Assembly (NCBI GenBank): GCA_030141605.1 | Contig: JAQGDQ010000092.1 | Coordinates: 1 to 64,000, forward strand | Reading direction: 5' to 3' | Origin: Tubiluchus corallicola | Taxonomy: Eukaryota > Animalia > Priapulida | DNA length: 64,000 nt | Shown here: one piece after another, positions 24,601-38,530 of the stretch | How positions within the stretch are numbered: position 1 is the stretch's first letter | Layout of the letters: every line of letters begins with the position of its first letter | Made by a program: the position numbers and the translations under genes | The notes under the pieces: generated by a model | Told to the model about the DNA's origin: nothing | What the model saw: the letters and a program-made list of their open reading frames with translations, nothing else | Database searches by the model: none

Positions 24601-25427
24601 ACATACACACTAATTCAGAATTCATATACCCACGGCCATATTAATTAAATCATAGTTTGTTTGTTTTTTTTGTATATGGTTGTAAATATATTTGATTTTA
24701 TTCGTCATTACTGCACAGTAGTTTAGATTGCACTGACGCATTTGCCTTCAGCAGTGTAAGTTTTTATTAACTAACACTGATTGATTATCTCTGTAAAGTT
24801 TTTATCAGTGATTATCAATGTTTTTAATGGCAAATAAAGATTATTATATATATATATATATTCTAAGCAGTTAGAGGTCATTTTCGCAGTTTCAGTAGAA
24901 GTGGAAGCGGGGCGTAGGTAAATTAAACATGTGAAGAGGAGGGGTAAAATGTGCTTTATAATATATAACATATGAAATCAGGTGTTTTACTAAAGGATAT
25001 GTAAGGATGCCTTGCAACACGTATCATATGTATGCAGTTACAAACAGGTGTATCGCAATACACTGCGTGTGTTGTGTGTTGTGCAAACTACTCTAAAACT
25101 AAAACGCTTGAATGCCACGCATGAATATATAGTGAGTTATGTCCCATACATATTTACAAAATCAATGGTAAGCAAGCATTTTGTGTAGTATTAAGCTAAT
25201 AGAGATCTATATTTTTGCAATACTATGTAGTGTAAGTATGTAATTTTGCATGTTAAGGAAGTTATATTGTGTTATGTTTTACTTCTACTAAGCTTTGGCA
25301 AATTTTTATTACATTTGTTACTATATTCTTAATAGCTAACATAATAAATCATAGTCCTGCGTCAGATAAAGCGGCTTGAGGTTAGTTTATTACTGTGAAA
25401 ATATCAATGATTTGTTAAGCGGATATT

Positions 25428-25792
25428 AAGGGATTTTAGGGAAATAAACGACAACTTTTCGGCGTTTTATTAATCCATGATCAATAAGAAAATTTGTCGG
25501 CACATTCCAAGGAGCTTGTAATAAAAATCAGTTTTAAATTCGTTAAAAAATACGTCGCGAATAGACATCTAATTTGTAACGTTGACAGTTGTGAAACTGT
25601 ATCAACATCAAGAGATTTTAGGGAAATAAACGACAAATTTTAGGAGTCTTATTAACCTAAGATCAATAAGAAGTTTTGTCGGCACAATCTAAGAAGCTTG
25701 TAATAAAAACCAGTCTTTAAATTCATTGAGTAATACGTTGCGAAAAGACATAATTTGTAGTGATAGTCGTTTTAAAAGTGTAACAACGCCAA
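25428..25792. repeat. Tandem duplication, two diverged ~182-bp units
   Basis: gattttagggaaataaacgaca occurs at 25432 and 25614, with colinear similarity throughout. Confidence 0.85.
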
Positions 25793-25905
25793 CAACTGCC
25801 TATTTTGCAAGGAACTGCAATGGTGTTACTAAAATATTAAACGTTTTGTGCTCCAGAATACTACTGCTGAAAAACTATCATTAACAAAGAACAATCACGT
25901 TATGA

Positions 25906-25962
25906 AGAACAACAACAGCAACAACAGCAACAACAACAACAACAACAACAACAACAAACAAC
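25906..25962. repeat. (CAA/CAG)n microsatellite
   Basis: Read directly from the sequence. Confidence 0.9.
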
Positions 25963-26418
25963 GATGACCATGAAAACAGCAATATCTTTAGCAAGAAGCG
26001 CTAAGCAGCAACAAACAAAATAGCTGCTGCCCGCGATTGCAACAATGCTATCTTCATCTTAAGCAACAATAGCAATAAACTCTCCTTCACTACTAATACA
26101 TTTTCAGCACTTTTCACTCGGCCAACCTTTTCGACTGATTTATTTATAACCTCATCATCGGAACGTAAGGTGAATAAAGCAGATCACGAGCTGGAGAATA
26201 CATAAATAATGCAATACAGTAGAGTCAGCAACGGGTGATAGAGGTAGAAATAGCAGTCATAAAAGCTTTCCTACTATTTGAATTCTCTCAGCAAATAATT
26301 TTGCCTCACTCGCAAAATAAAGTTAATTAGTTGAAGTGTAACAAAAGGACTAAAGCGCGCATTAGTTTCAGGGAACAAAAGACCATTACAACTTAGAAGC
26401 ACGTTTAAAGCACAATAA

Positions 26419-26610
26419 AGTGGCGTTTATGTAGGCATGAGTACCTTTGCGGATGCGGATGCGTTTTGGGGATTGCGGAATAGATAAAAACGGTTTATAT
26501 TGGTTTCAATGCACCCGTTTATGCAGCCTGCCCATTTGCTATCCATTTTTTCCGCAGGCTATTGCGCAGAGGAAAACGCATCAGCATCCGCATGCTATAT
26601 AAACCCCACT
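26419..26610. mobile_element. PIF/Harbinger-type palindromic MITE
   Basis: TIR agtggcgtttatgtag / ctatataaaccccact; internal inverted gcggatgc...gcatccgc; TAA on both sides. Confidence 0.6.
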
Positions 26611-26613
26611 TAA

Positions 26614-27261
26614 ACCACAAAAAACCCTCCACTTACGCAAAGCTTAAAAACTCGTCTTGAAATTATGTACCACTTACATACTGCCTTTTTGCATGCAGGG
26701 CTTGCGTCGGTAGTGTATTAAACTTGTAAATTTAAACTCCCCCGTTGACCATTACGCGCAGACATTTTAATTGTAGGTCGTTTGATACAAATTTAGATAA
26801 CATTACGCGAAGTTTGAAAAAATAAACACAGCATCCGTAGCACATATGTTACTAACTAAGTACAATGTTAAACTACCGTATCTTATCAATAAGATTAGAA
26901 ATACGTTTTTTGTTAGTGAGTGGCGCACCCTGGAGGGTGAGCCAGGGATATTTTACCAATTGGCACGAACATTTTAATTATTATTTCTAGCTACATAAGT
27001 CTTGTAGCAGGTAAGCGAAAGGCTAAGTAATATAGCTTTGCATGGAAAGTTTTTTGGGACATTTCCTTTTCTTCCCCTGATTTACGTTTGCGAAGGTGAC
27101 GTCATGTAATAGCGCCGTCGGAACAGTATTACGGGAGATTTAAAACAATCAAAAATTCCTTTTGCGCGAGTACGATATATGCATAAAAATTGCTGTAAAG
27201 TAATAAAGTTTTTTAAGGCGATTTTTCTCAAACCTACTGCAGGTAGCCCTTTTCTTGTCTT
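26614..27261. mobile_element. Kolobok-like TTAA element, copy 2
   Basis: Shares blocks with 7518-8525 (gtgagtggcgca, tttaccaattgg, gcaggtaagcgaaa, tgacgtcatgtaat, gcgagtacgatata) and the end tttcttgtc..ttaa; carries its own ~190-bp insertion near 26675-26860. Confidence 0.65.
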
Positions 27262-28503
27262 TTAAACGCTTTATTGCAGCCATAAGCTTTTTAATTTAAT
27301 ATAGGTAAAAGCCTGTCTTTAAACAAATGTCTTACTCAACGCAGTAAGACTATTGCAGGGAATGCGGACGGCCAAACGTAGACCATTTTGGCATGTTACA
27401 CATGCTGTAAACCTATATGGAAAAACCACCAAAACGTTTTACAGTGTAATTCGCCACCTACAAACCATCTAGCACTCAGTAACAGTGGCACTCAGGTGTT
27501 TAACTGAAGAGGTTCGGCTTATACTTTGAAACGGAGCTGAAATTTCCTCAGAAATTTCGCTTAACTATATAGAGCTAACTGGTTCAGGAAATATTTGACA
27601 AAGCATAGAATTTTCTGCCCTCACCAGCTCCCATCCAAGCACTATAATTATAGCCGATGGGGTTTATTTTAGGAAATTAGCCCTAACTTCCAAGGGTCAT
27701 TTGTACTTCCACCAGTGCGGGCGCATATGTATTTCAACACTTGATCAAATAGGCATAGGCTCTGATCAAGGTGACACCTGACAATGGTGAATTTACATTA
27801 TCCACACTGCATTTTTCCCAATTGCTCAACTGTTGTTTTTCTGAAGCCAAATGTCAGACCGATTTTGTGAATTTTACATTATTCACATCTATCTGAAAAT
27901 GCAGTGATTGCAACTGTATTGACACGGTAACAGCTCTAACATTTGCATGGCTGAAAGGTTAATGATCGGTCACACACCTCGGTGTCATAACAATGCAAAA
28001 TGGTAACCGAACGTTTTATAACATTAGGCTCAGCAGGGCAAAGATCTAGGTCTAGCGGCGATTTAAAAACTCCCCTATCGTAGTTACCGACTTCAAGTTT
28101 GGTACATATATAGCTGCATAATAAGCAAGATATTCAGAAATCTCGACAAACTGTGATAATTTGTCGAGCTTCAGTTTCAAAGACTTCTTAGGCTTCTTTT
28201 GAAGTGGAACACGTGTGTAATATTTATGAGAGGAATCAGCAACACTAGTCATCAAGGTCATCTGAGCAAGTGAGCCATCGAGAAATCGGATCACTAATTG
28301 ATGTAAACGTTATACAGGTTATTAACTTATTAATTTGCCATTTTACTATTTTCTTGACAATATTAATATTTTATTCGCTTTAACCCTTTCTAGCAATTTA
28401 TTATTTTACTTACAGGTCATTAGAGATCCTAAACCGTGACCAAACGTTTATTTGTTTCTTTTTGACAGTAATAAAATTACGATTATAAAAAGAGATCATT
28501 TAC

Positions 28504-28633
28504 CTCAGTCATGTCACTCTCCATGCTACTGATAGTGTTTCCTCGGCCAATGGCACCGCGTCTAACTGAAGAATTAGTCTCGTCGATTGGCTGAACCGTT
28601 TCTACGATCAACGATTTCTCCGGCACTTCAAAT
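28504..28633 (-). CDS. SYT7: Synaptotagmin-7, exon 2 (linker)
   Basis: FEVPEKSLIVETVQP...ESDMTE; 130 bp, phase 2-0, joins exons 1 and 3 in frame. Confidence 0.75.
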
Positions 28634-29884
28634 CTAATCAAAAACTTAAAATGTGATTACTGTTGCTCCACGATGACGTATTCTAAATCAGTTTTATACA
28701 GGAAATTAATCTTTTATAAATAATTATGGGAATTAACTCTCTAATGGCTGAACAATTTTCCACTAATTAACAATTTTCGCATAATTTATTGGCGATGGCG
28801 CAAATTTTTAATGGAAGGTTCGCCTAAAATAGCTTTGTCTACCACTAAAATATTAAAAACGTTCTCCAGGGTATCTCCTTGTGAGAACATTTGCTGCAAA
28901 GAGCTATTCAGCACTTCTTGTTTTAAACCTATTAAAGTTTTCTTCAGCCTTTGTGCACAAATAGTGACAAACCCAACATAATTAGACGTCAGAAAAAGTA
29001 GGTGATATAAAACAGAGAAGGGATTTAGTTGCATTTTAAATTTTGATACAGGTCACGTGATCTTACCCGTCAGAAGTTCCTAGAAGGCGGCTGCGTGCAA
29101 TGAAGAAAACTGAATTTTAATACTAGGAAGTTTTGCAAACAGTATAATTTTATAATATTAATGTACACTGATTAACAACAGCACACAGATAATGTACAAA
29201 AGTTTTGTTTTGGTTTAATCACTTTTGCTGACGATTATCTCGTATCGTATTTCATTTATATGATGGTCTACTACGCTTTTATTGCTTCATCCTGTAAGCC
29301 GTCATAACGCTATTCCAACAGTACTACTAACATGTTTTATATGAACAATGTTAAAATTTGTAAACTCCTCCTCAAATATCATATATGAGCTATTTAGCAA
29401 CGAACCTAGAGAGTACATATCAAAGCCACTTATACTAAGCACCGTCACTGTTGGATTCTCAGGTTACACAAGAAAGCTTGGTGAGCACTGAGAGAACAAA
29501 AGGGAGACACAATGTCAACACCATCATTGTAAGAGACAATTTACAATTTATATTGCATCAGTCTAGTTAACATACAAGAGACCATTAAGTATTTTAAGTT
29601 AAGAGGAGCAACATTATGGCGCACACATCAAAGAAAACAGTAATAAAATCTTATGGATGCATATGCAAAAGCACTAAGATACATATACAACTATGTATGC
29701 TAAACAAAATTACACACGTATCCAGTGGCCATTATCGCCTCAATGGCGGTAATGTTATTTAGGTATTCTAAACTTCATAGTTTTTAGTTGGTTACACGAT
29801 TGTAAAATAAAGTCGACCATTGCTAGGTACAAAAAGGATATCATTAGAGGCCTTGAAGCGAACGGCACAGTATATAGTAAAAAA

Positions 29885-30600
29885 ACTGACCATTATTCGA
29901 TCATTAACACGAATGATTGTCCATTATTACAGCTGAATAAAAAACAATAACAACAAATTCAAAGTTAACTAAAAAGCACCAATGTTGGCTGCCATTTTTA
30001 ATTTGTAAACATGCAAGGGGTTAGATTAGACATCACCCGAATTCAGATTTCCTTTCGTTTGATAAATAAATCCCATCTGTAACGATTTTTTCAGACAGCA
30101 AAAATCTGTATGAGGAATAATCTTTGGTTTATGACACAGTGTGGCTTATCTGAATTTGTTGATGTCCAGTTAATGTTGAGTCTGAGTAAATTGACCTAGT
30201 TTTCTACAGTACCGCGGAGAAATACTTTTTATCATAATAATTCAAGTCAGTAAATAAAGTTTGTGCATCGATCTGCTATCCCTGTAGCATTTGATAATTT
30301 AATGACTGGCAGTATAAGCTGCCTGCTCACAAAGCCCTGGAAGGTAGGTATACAGTTAATGGATCTCCGTGCCATCCCCCTGGATTTATGTAGTTCAGTA
30401 TTCTGTGACAGTTACGATTTCGTGATAAATGACTACGCTTTTATAGACGACATCTTCTTTGACAAATTTTTCTCCCCAGGTAAACCAGGCAGCATATCAC
30501 CCTATAATCGACCTAAAAAGGGGTGTGTTAGCACAAATTTCTGGATGGTCCGTTTGAGGCTGTGGTGGCTTATATGACTGCAACAACACAAGGATGTCTA
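29885..30600 (-). mobile_element. Possible Penelope-like element 3' remnant with a decayed hammerhead
   Basis: Minus-strand fragments KEDVVYKS, LNINW and LSEK...NERKSEF resemble a PLE GIY-YIG C-terminus, followed by a hammerhead-shaped motif at 29885-29925. Confidence 0.35.
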
Positions 30601-30680
30601 TTGTGGGATGCGAAATTGTCATTTACACGTAATAAACTTGAGATGCAAAGATGCATATCTTAGTACTTATTAGTCAGGAC

Positions 30681-31067
30681 CAGGGCCGGATTATTCTACA
30701 TACAGGCTGGTATAGGCTGCAACCTTGGGCCCTTCAAGACTGGAGAGGGGGGCTCAAGCTTTGATAAGATTTGATAAAAAATCTGATTATATACTAAATT
30801 TCAGGTTGAAATATGTGCTAATCTGGTTTGGAATAAATTGTAAAGTAGAGGTACTTCTTAAAGAATATTTTATTGACAAACAAAAGATAGCTATACTAGT
30901 TAAAGAATTAGCAATGTTTACTTCGAGCCGTGTAAATGTTGCTAAAATATATCACAAGGAAAATATATTTAAACCGGATGAGAGAGAGTTAGAGGGTGGC
31001 TCCGTCTGAAAGAGGCTCCCATAATTTCATTAGTCCAGGGGCCCCAAAAGTTCATAATTCGTCCCTG
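30681..31067. mobile_element. hAT-type MITE (387 bp)
   Basis: TIR CAGGGCCGGATTA / TAATTCGTCCCTG; perfect 8-bp TSD GTCAGGAC; subterminal GGGCCC motifs. Confidence 0.9.
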
Positions 31068-34000
31068 GTCAGGACACTAATTTTCAAATGTGACAAGTTT
31101 ATACGATTCACAAAAAATCGCAAAAAATCGATTTTTTATTGTTGCTAAGTTCATAATTACATGGATATAAAGACACGCAAAATAACTTAAAAGTAATACA
31201 TGTTTGAATAACGTGAAGTAGAGCAAAACAGCTTCTCAAATTCAAAGGCTAGCAAATGAAATTTTAACATTGTCGTTATTGTAAGAATTGCCCCTATTAA
31301 ACTAGTAGTCTGGCTGTATGTTGACCAAAATTGCAGTTGTTTTGCATCTAATTCGCTTGAAACTAACAGACTCAAAGCGAACATTTTTTTTTGAAATGTA
31401 AGAGCAGTCGCTACACAAAATCATTGAATGGCATCAGAAATGGAATTCGTTAAGAGAGGCGGGAGAGAGATTTGTTGATTAATAACTGATGGTTTAAAAG
31501 TTGTTCTGTTAGCTCTTCAAAGCTCTTTCTTTGATTACTATTTTTATAGTTTTTGATAAGACCTACAAAAACATGGGTAATTAGTGGAATGAGAATATAA
31601 ACCGGACGCAGAATTAGTAAGAATAATATAATTTTAGCAGCACTTTGGCCTCAAGACAGGGTTTAAAATACGTTTTGAGAGATTTTGTAGATTCGATGTT
31701 TTTAAAAATCCTTTGCTAACCATGTTATTCTACTTCAGTATTGCAATAAATAGTAATCATAACAACTAACAAGATGCTGTCCGCAGTAAGGGAGCCCGAC
31801 TTTCTTTCTGACTTTTAGCCTATTCTTATTACCCATGAATTTATTTATTATTTCGTTGTTTGCATTTTTGATACTATTATAATTCGAATATTCAGAGAGA
31901 ATAAATAAAAAGACAGTTCAATTACTTAACAAAAGAGCCTGTTGAAACAAGTTATCTGTGTAATATCAATTCCGAGGATATTTGTTACTCGAGAACTAGA
32001 TAAGTTCTAGTGTTATGCTTCAAGTCCAGGCGAGCATAATTGTATGGGATGGAAGTAGGCAACTGAAGAGTGATACCTCAGAGCGAGATAAAGGATATTT
32101 CAACAGCAACAGTTTGCGTGTAGACTCAGTGGATACTGTATGCATGACATTGTTAAAATAAACTGCATTAATAGAATATTAAGTGAAATCGTCGGAGTCG
32201 TTTCTGCACATGTTCCTGTTGAGAGGAGTTAACACGTAGTTTGCTTATGTGAGTGATACCGTTGTGATAGTCACGAAACACAATTTCACCGTGTCTTCAG
32301 TCTTTCAACCCAAGGACAAATTTTCCCAGACAACGCATGACTATTATTTGTTATTCAAGTGTTGAAAAGGCACAGTGTGAACTCCGCAATATTTTTCACA
32401 GCTTTCAATTTCGTTTGATGTACAATGATAATAATACGAGGCCTGGCGGTTTTGGTAACATGGTGGTGAATATTGAATTGACAAATGGAAATTACTGGAT
32501 GTTACTTTTTGGCCTTTACTTTTTACACCAACGATGACAAATCAAATCTCGGTTGACTGCCATACGAAACGAGGGCGACTAATTTACTTAGTTCCACATT
32601 GAAGCTTGGGAGGCCGAAGAGACTAAAGTCATTTAGTTTGGCCGTACCTAATTTAGTCAGCATTGTATATTTATTCGCAAACGGATGAAAATGCTGGATC
32701 AGAGGAAAACCAAAATATGACTATAAACAAAAGGAAACATGCAGGTTGTAAACTGCAGTCAATTAAATAGATTTTCAGCATAGGCACGCAGGTGTTACAT
32801 ATACACCAGTAAGAAAGGGTAAAGATAAAATTAATATAAAATATTAAATTAAACAAAATGATGCACATGTAACAACCGTAATAGAAAAAAAGAAACGAAA
32901 AAATCAATCTTCAATTATATACAAGCAAAGTTAATAAATTCAAACAAAACAACACACTAAGTAAAAATAAGATTTAACCTCAAAATAAAAATTTACAAAA
33001 ATAATCAAATTTGCACTAGGTCATAGTAGACAAATTAAAAGGTTACTACTGACAAACTGAGCGAACAAAGCAAGAATTAAACTTCAAACAAAGATCAGCA
33101 CAGTAAGCAATTATGTCAAAAACTGCAATCAAATAAAAAATCAAAATCAAAGTAGAACGAAAAAATAAAAAACTTGACTTCAAATTAGAAAAAAGTATAA
33201 TAAGCACATATTCTTCTGCGTTATGACCAAATGCAAACAGTAGATAAGCAAAATTGCAAACAAGCAAAACTAAGCAAAAAAGAAAAATAAGAATTTAACT
33301 TATTTTCAATCAAAATAATATACTCAACAGCAAACACAAAAAATGTTGTGAATTGAAACTTGAAATGAAAAAAGTGATGCCATAATCTGTGCGATAGTGA
33401 TAGTTAGGCAAAATCTACTGTTAAACTGTATTGATGTACCATTGTGTCTGACCTATATTTGAAGACGCTAAGAAGGGAAACATCACCACAATTACCCTCG
33501 CTATCGCAAAATAAACATGACGTAAATCATACAACACACAACGAAAATGCAACTTGTTGTAAAATGCTGAGTGCGTGTGTTTCACACAACAATTCTGTGT
33601 GGCGTATATATTACAACAGCTCAAATAAGTATCAAGAGAATGCACAGGATCACAATTCACTTCTGGCAAGAAAAAAGCATTAGGGTGCTATTGCAGCCTT
33701 CATAGGGCCAACTAAAACAGTGCACAAAGACGCTGGGTTCTTGTTAATTTACAATTTACTTCATTACACCGTTGTTTCGTAAATCGTAATGTCAGTATCT
33801 CATATAACAATCACATAATAACCAGTCAGTCATACAGCTGCAGCGTTACAAGAAATTTAATAAGCTTAACGATATCATGGTAACAAGAAATTTTTGTTGT
33901 AGTGCTTCTACGTTCTTAAATTTATTTTAGAAATCAAAAGTGACTTTTTAAAAGCAGAATTGGTAGAAACGGAGTGCCGTATATACTAAACGAGGCCAAT

Positions 34001-34413
34001 GTTACAGTCATTTCATGACACCCTAACTTTTGTGTCATGTACTCTGGCCTAACCTATCAGTTAAAAGGAGAATAGGAGAATAATATCAAAACTTAAATAA
34101 GACACTTAACAGAAAGAAGCAAAAAATTATAGCATTGTTGAAAAATGGCATTTGATGTGGTACACAATCGCGTTTCGGCTTAAACTTCAGATTGAAAAAA
34201 ATAACAACAAGGTAATAAAAATTTGGCCTAAGTTGTAATAAAATTTTCAAAAAAAAATAATAATGGTAAATAAAAGAAGATAAGTTCTGTTAAAAACCTG
34301 AAATCACCGCCATCCAGCATACAGGCTACTAAGTTTTTTAAGAATTATTATATATGTATCTGTATCTTTTGTCTAAGTGTTTCTTTTTCGCTGACAATAA
34401 ATTTAGGACTTAC

Positions 34414-34631
34414 CTTACCGCCGACCTCGCTACTGCCGGATTTCTCCACCAAGAGGTGTTTGGGTCACGTGTCTGCAGCTTCTTGACATCTGGAGGTGTG
34501 TCATCTGGTTCATCTACTGCTGACTCTTTATAATTATTCAGTCGACGCAGGTAGAAACACACACATATTGCCAAGACGGCGAAGACGCCCAGTGCTGAGC
34601 AGACAGCTATTATGACCATGGTGTCTGCCAT
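34414..34631 (-). CDS. SYT7: Synaptotagmin-7, coding exon 1 (N-terminal transmembrane helix)
   Basis: MADTMVIIAVCSALGVFAVLAICVCFYLRR, a TM helix with cysteines; donor AG|gtaagt. The 8 exons total 1323 nt (440 aa plus stop). An acceptor at ~34648 implies upstream UTR exon(s). Confidence 0.82.
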
Positions 34632-36269
34632 CTTGAATTATTTCATCTGAAAAGCAGTAACCATGGTAATTGGTCACATCCGATGATACCAAGTCCGTCT
34701 TTACTTTTTTATTAGTAAATGACATTAATTATTTTCAACATTGTTCGAAACCACTGCGTCACTATTACGATCTTCGAACATAATTATTACGGGTAACAAA
34801 ATAACTTCTAATGACTTCTTCTGAAAAATCGCAGAGGTGAACTAACTACACACACACATGTATATACGTCAGTCAAAGTGGCATTCGCTTATTAGTTTCA
34901 ATATGTAATCAGTAGGTGGCGTAACCACCTTCAACACGTTTCAACCACCGCCTTAAATAAATAATCATACTAATGCAAACTAGTTTAAATTTAACACGTA
35001 ATTTCTTTCTGCTTATATAGCTTTCGACACCATTTTCTGTTGGTAATTTACGACTCTTATATTAATTGTAAAATTTTCCTATCTACTGTAGTTGACACAG
35101 CTGTTGAAAAGACTTGTATTTGAATGTTAATGTATAATTGAATGGGCAGCAGTCACTCACGTGATTACGCCATATATTATGTACAGAGTAGTGACCTCAT
35201 CAAAATACTGAAAGATTAATTAACTGCCGTGTACTAGCAACAGGCGCCATCAAAATAAGGACGTATTTGTTCTTCAGAATCCAAAAATAAAATTTCGCGC
35301 AGGAGGGAAGGGATTCAGTGCAAAGAAGATCTGCTGAGGTATAATACAAAACAACAAGAAAGTTTTACTTCACAAACCATGTAAGGTGCACATGCAGCGT
35401 TAAGCAAAAACGATTTAAAGAAGTTTATAAAGTAAGGCTTTTGCTTACAGCGTTGTATGTAACAGTACGCAAACACACAGAGCAGAGCTGCCGATAAAAT
35501 AAATGAATCCTTTTAACATTCACCTTAACCATTATTTAACACAACGCTGCACAATAATCTGGAGGAATATAATCTTTAAAAATAAAAAATATAGTTTCTT
35601 TCAATATTAGAATTAATTACTAATCTATTCATTTAAAATTTAAACTAACACGTATTTTTGTACAATTTTACCTGTTTTATAATTATAATACTACGTGTAT
35701 TAATTTAAATCTAAACAAATAATTAAATTTTGTGTATACTACTGAAAGACGCAAGCAAACACATAACTGTACGTGGTACAGCTTTAAGCGATAAAAATAA
35801 CCGAAGATGTATTTGTTTCCATTTCAGAATTCTCAGGTTGAATGCTAAATGACAAACATTATCATCAAGTTCTCGTTCAGTCTTTTGTATACGTTGAGGC
35901 ATTACCATTTATTAGAGCATTCCACTCACTCCTATCTGAGCTAACAACGTGTGTTTTATTTGGTTGAAGTTGCTAAACATCTTTATTTATCTTAGCTATC
36001 CAAGTTGATTTTTTTTGTTTCCCAGGCCGTTTTTTGCCAAGATTCTAAGGCTTCTAAGACCATACTAACTAGATAATTTGAGAAAATGTCCTAACAATCT
36101 TAATCTTCGGAGCTTGTCTTTTGAATTCCAAGCAAATGCGGCAGAAATTTTAAAGACACTACTATCCATCCGCTCAGCGATGTTATTTTGGATGCCATTT
36201 TGGAGTGTGTTATTATTCGGATAGTAAGGGGACGTCGATCGATATTCTAACTCGGGACGCCCTGATATG

Positions 36270-38530
36270 TCTTTGCCATTACAAGACCAACTAGAATAAC
36301 TGAGCATTCCGTTACTTTAATTGATATTTTCATTAATTTACTTAACTATAACTTCAAAACTGGCAACTTGCTTACAGGCACTTCTGGTCATTTGCCCAAC
36401 TTCACTTTTATTGATTTGAAACTTCATACGCCAATTTCATCTGCTTCCAATGTAACTGTTTATAACAATCGCGTAAGGGACTCTCTAATAGCAGATTTAT
36501 CACATGAATCACGGGTTGAGGTCACGGCCATAGATGATGCTAATCTCCCATTTAATTTGTTTCAAAAAAAGTTTTTTAAAATTTACGTCACATGTAAAAA
36601 ATAAAACTAACACTTCCTGTATAAAAACCATGGATAACCAACACTATTAAATAGTATCAAACACAAAAATAGATTATATGAATTAACTTTAAAAACACCT
36701 AGTTCTGATAACGTTGGTAATTATAAAAGATACAGAAATACTTTGATTAATACAATTAAAACATCCAAATTAAATTACTATAAAAGTAAGCTTGTGCAAT
36801 ACAAAAATAATGTAAAAAAGACATGGGATGCTATGAAGGATATTATGAACATAGAAAAATACTCTCCTAGTATTACGTTAAATATGAATTTCCAATCCCG
36901 ATGCTGTTTCTCACCATTTCAATGATTACTTTACTAAAGTAGGTTCCAACCTGGCTAGTCAAATCAGAGTTGATCATATTTTGTACACTCAATTCTTACA
37001 TTTCAACTACAATAATTCCGTCTTTTTTCAACCCATTTCTCCTTATGATATTCTTATAATATGCAAATCCCTTAATTCAAGTAGAAATACAGATATTTTT
37101 AAATTTTCCTCTAAAGTTGTGTCTGATATTATTCATTGCGTATCATTCCCGTGTCTCCCTTAATAAATACCTCATCTACTGGCGTTGTACCTGATTCTCT
37201 TAAGAAAGCTGTAGTGATACCTTTATTCAAATCTGGTGATAGAACTATAACTAATAATTATCGCCCCATTTCATTATTTCCATTTTTCTCAAAAGGTTTT
37301 GAGCACTGTGTTTATAATCAAATGCACAATTATCTAATAAAACATGATATATTAAATGATAAACAATACGGATTTAGGAAAGGTTCCCCAGTTGAATTAC
37401 CATTGCGAAATCTTAATTAAATGTACTGAAAATAACTCGATCACTGCTGGTATAATTTGTGATCTCTCTAAAGCCTTCGATACCGTTGACCATGTTATAT
37501 TACTTGATAAGTTATCTTTCTATGGCTTTAGGGGGATCTCAAATGACTGGCTAAGTAGCTACCTTGATAACCGTAAGCAGTGTGTCAGATGTAATAATTA
37601 TACGTCAACCGAACTCTCCGTAAATTGCGGTGTTCCTCGGACTTTTAGTTTTGATTTATATCAACGATATAAAAAAACATTTTTACTTGTCGTGATATTA
37701 TGTCTTGCTGATGACACCACACTCTTTTTCAATTTCAATCATTATTACTAGGTAACATATTCAGCATTACTAACATAAATAATAGTTTAGCAGACATTTC
37801 TAACTGGTTCAAAGCCAACAAATTATCTCTTAATCTCACTAAAATAAGTACATTCTACTTCGCTCCAAAATAAACCAACTCCTTTACGTTGTAGTCTTTA
37901 TATTGATGACCTTCCTATAGAACGAGTTCAATCTACCAGATTTTTAGGTGTAGTTTTGCATAAACATCTGGACTGGAACTCTCATATAAAATGATTAGTC
38001 TAAAACAGCCAAAAATATAGGTATTATGTCCCATATTAAATACAATTTGTCCAACTCACATATACTTACTTTTTATTATTCTTTAGTCTATCCTTATTTA
38101 AATTATGTTAGTTCCCTTTGGGGAGCTACATACACGACAAATCTTAACCCTTTACGTTACTTCAAAGAAAATTTCTTGGTTCATATTTCGGACTGAATAA
38201 ATTCACTCCAGTATTTAACTCTTTCTTTAGAAAATATTTTGACTATTGATAACATAGTGTTTCATAATGTTGCAATTTTTATGTATAAAACAAATAGCAA
38301 ATTATTACCCAAGTTTTTCGAAAATCCTATCAAACTGAATGTAAGATTTCATAATACACGATTTAATCAATACTTTCTTCCATATGTCTGTACGAATGTT
38401 GCTAAACATTTCATTTCCTTTACTGGGCCATTAATTTGGAACTATCTACCTAATCATATAATATCAGAACATAGTATTTATAAATATAAAAAAAGGCTCA
38501 AACTTTTTATTATGAACCATAATCTGTAAT
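36270..38530 (+). mobile_element. Degenerate CR1/L2-group LINE ORF2 (endonuclease end, RT, C-terminus)
   Basis: TRPTRIT...LID, NYRPISL, QYGFRKG, CDLSKAFDTVDH, ADDTTLF and IWNYLP motifs spread over several frameshifted ORFs. Confidence 0.92.
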
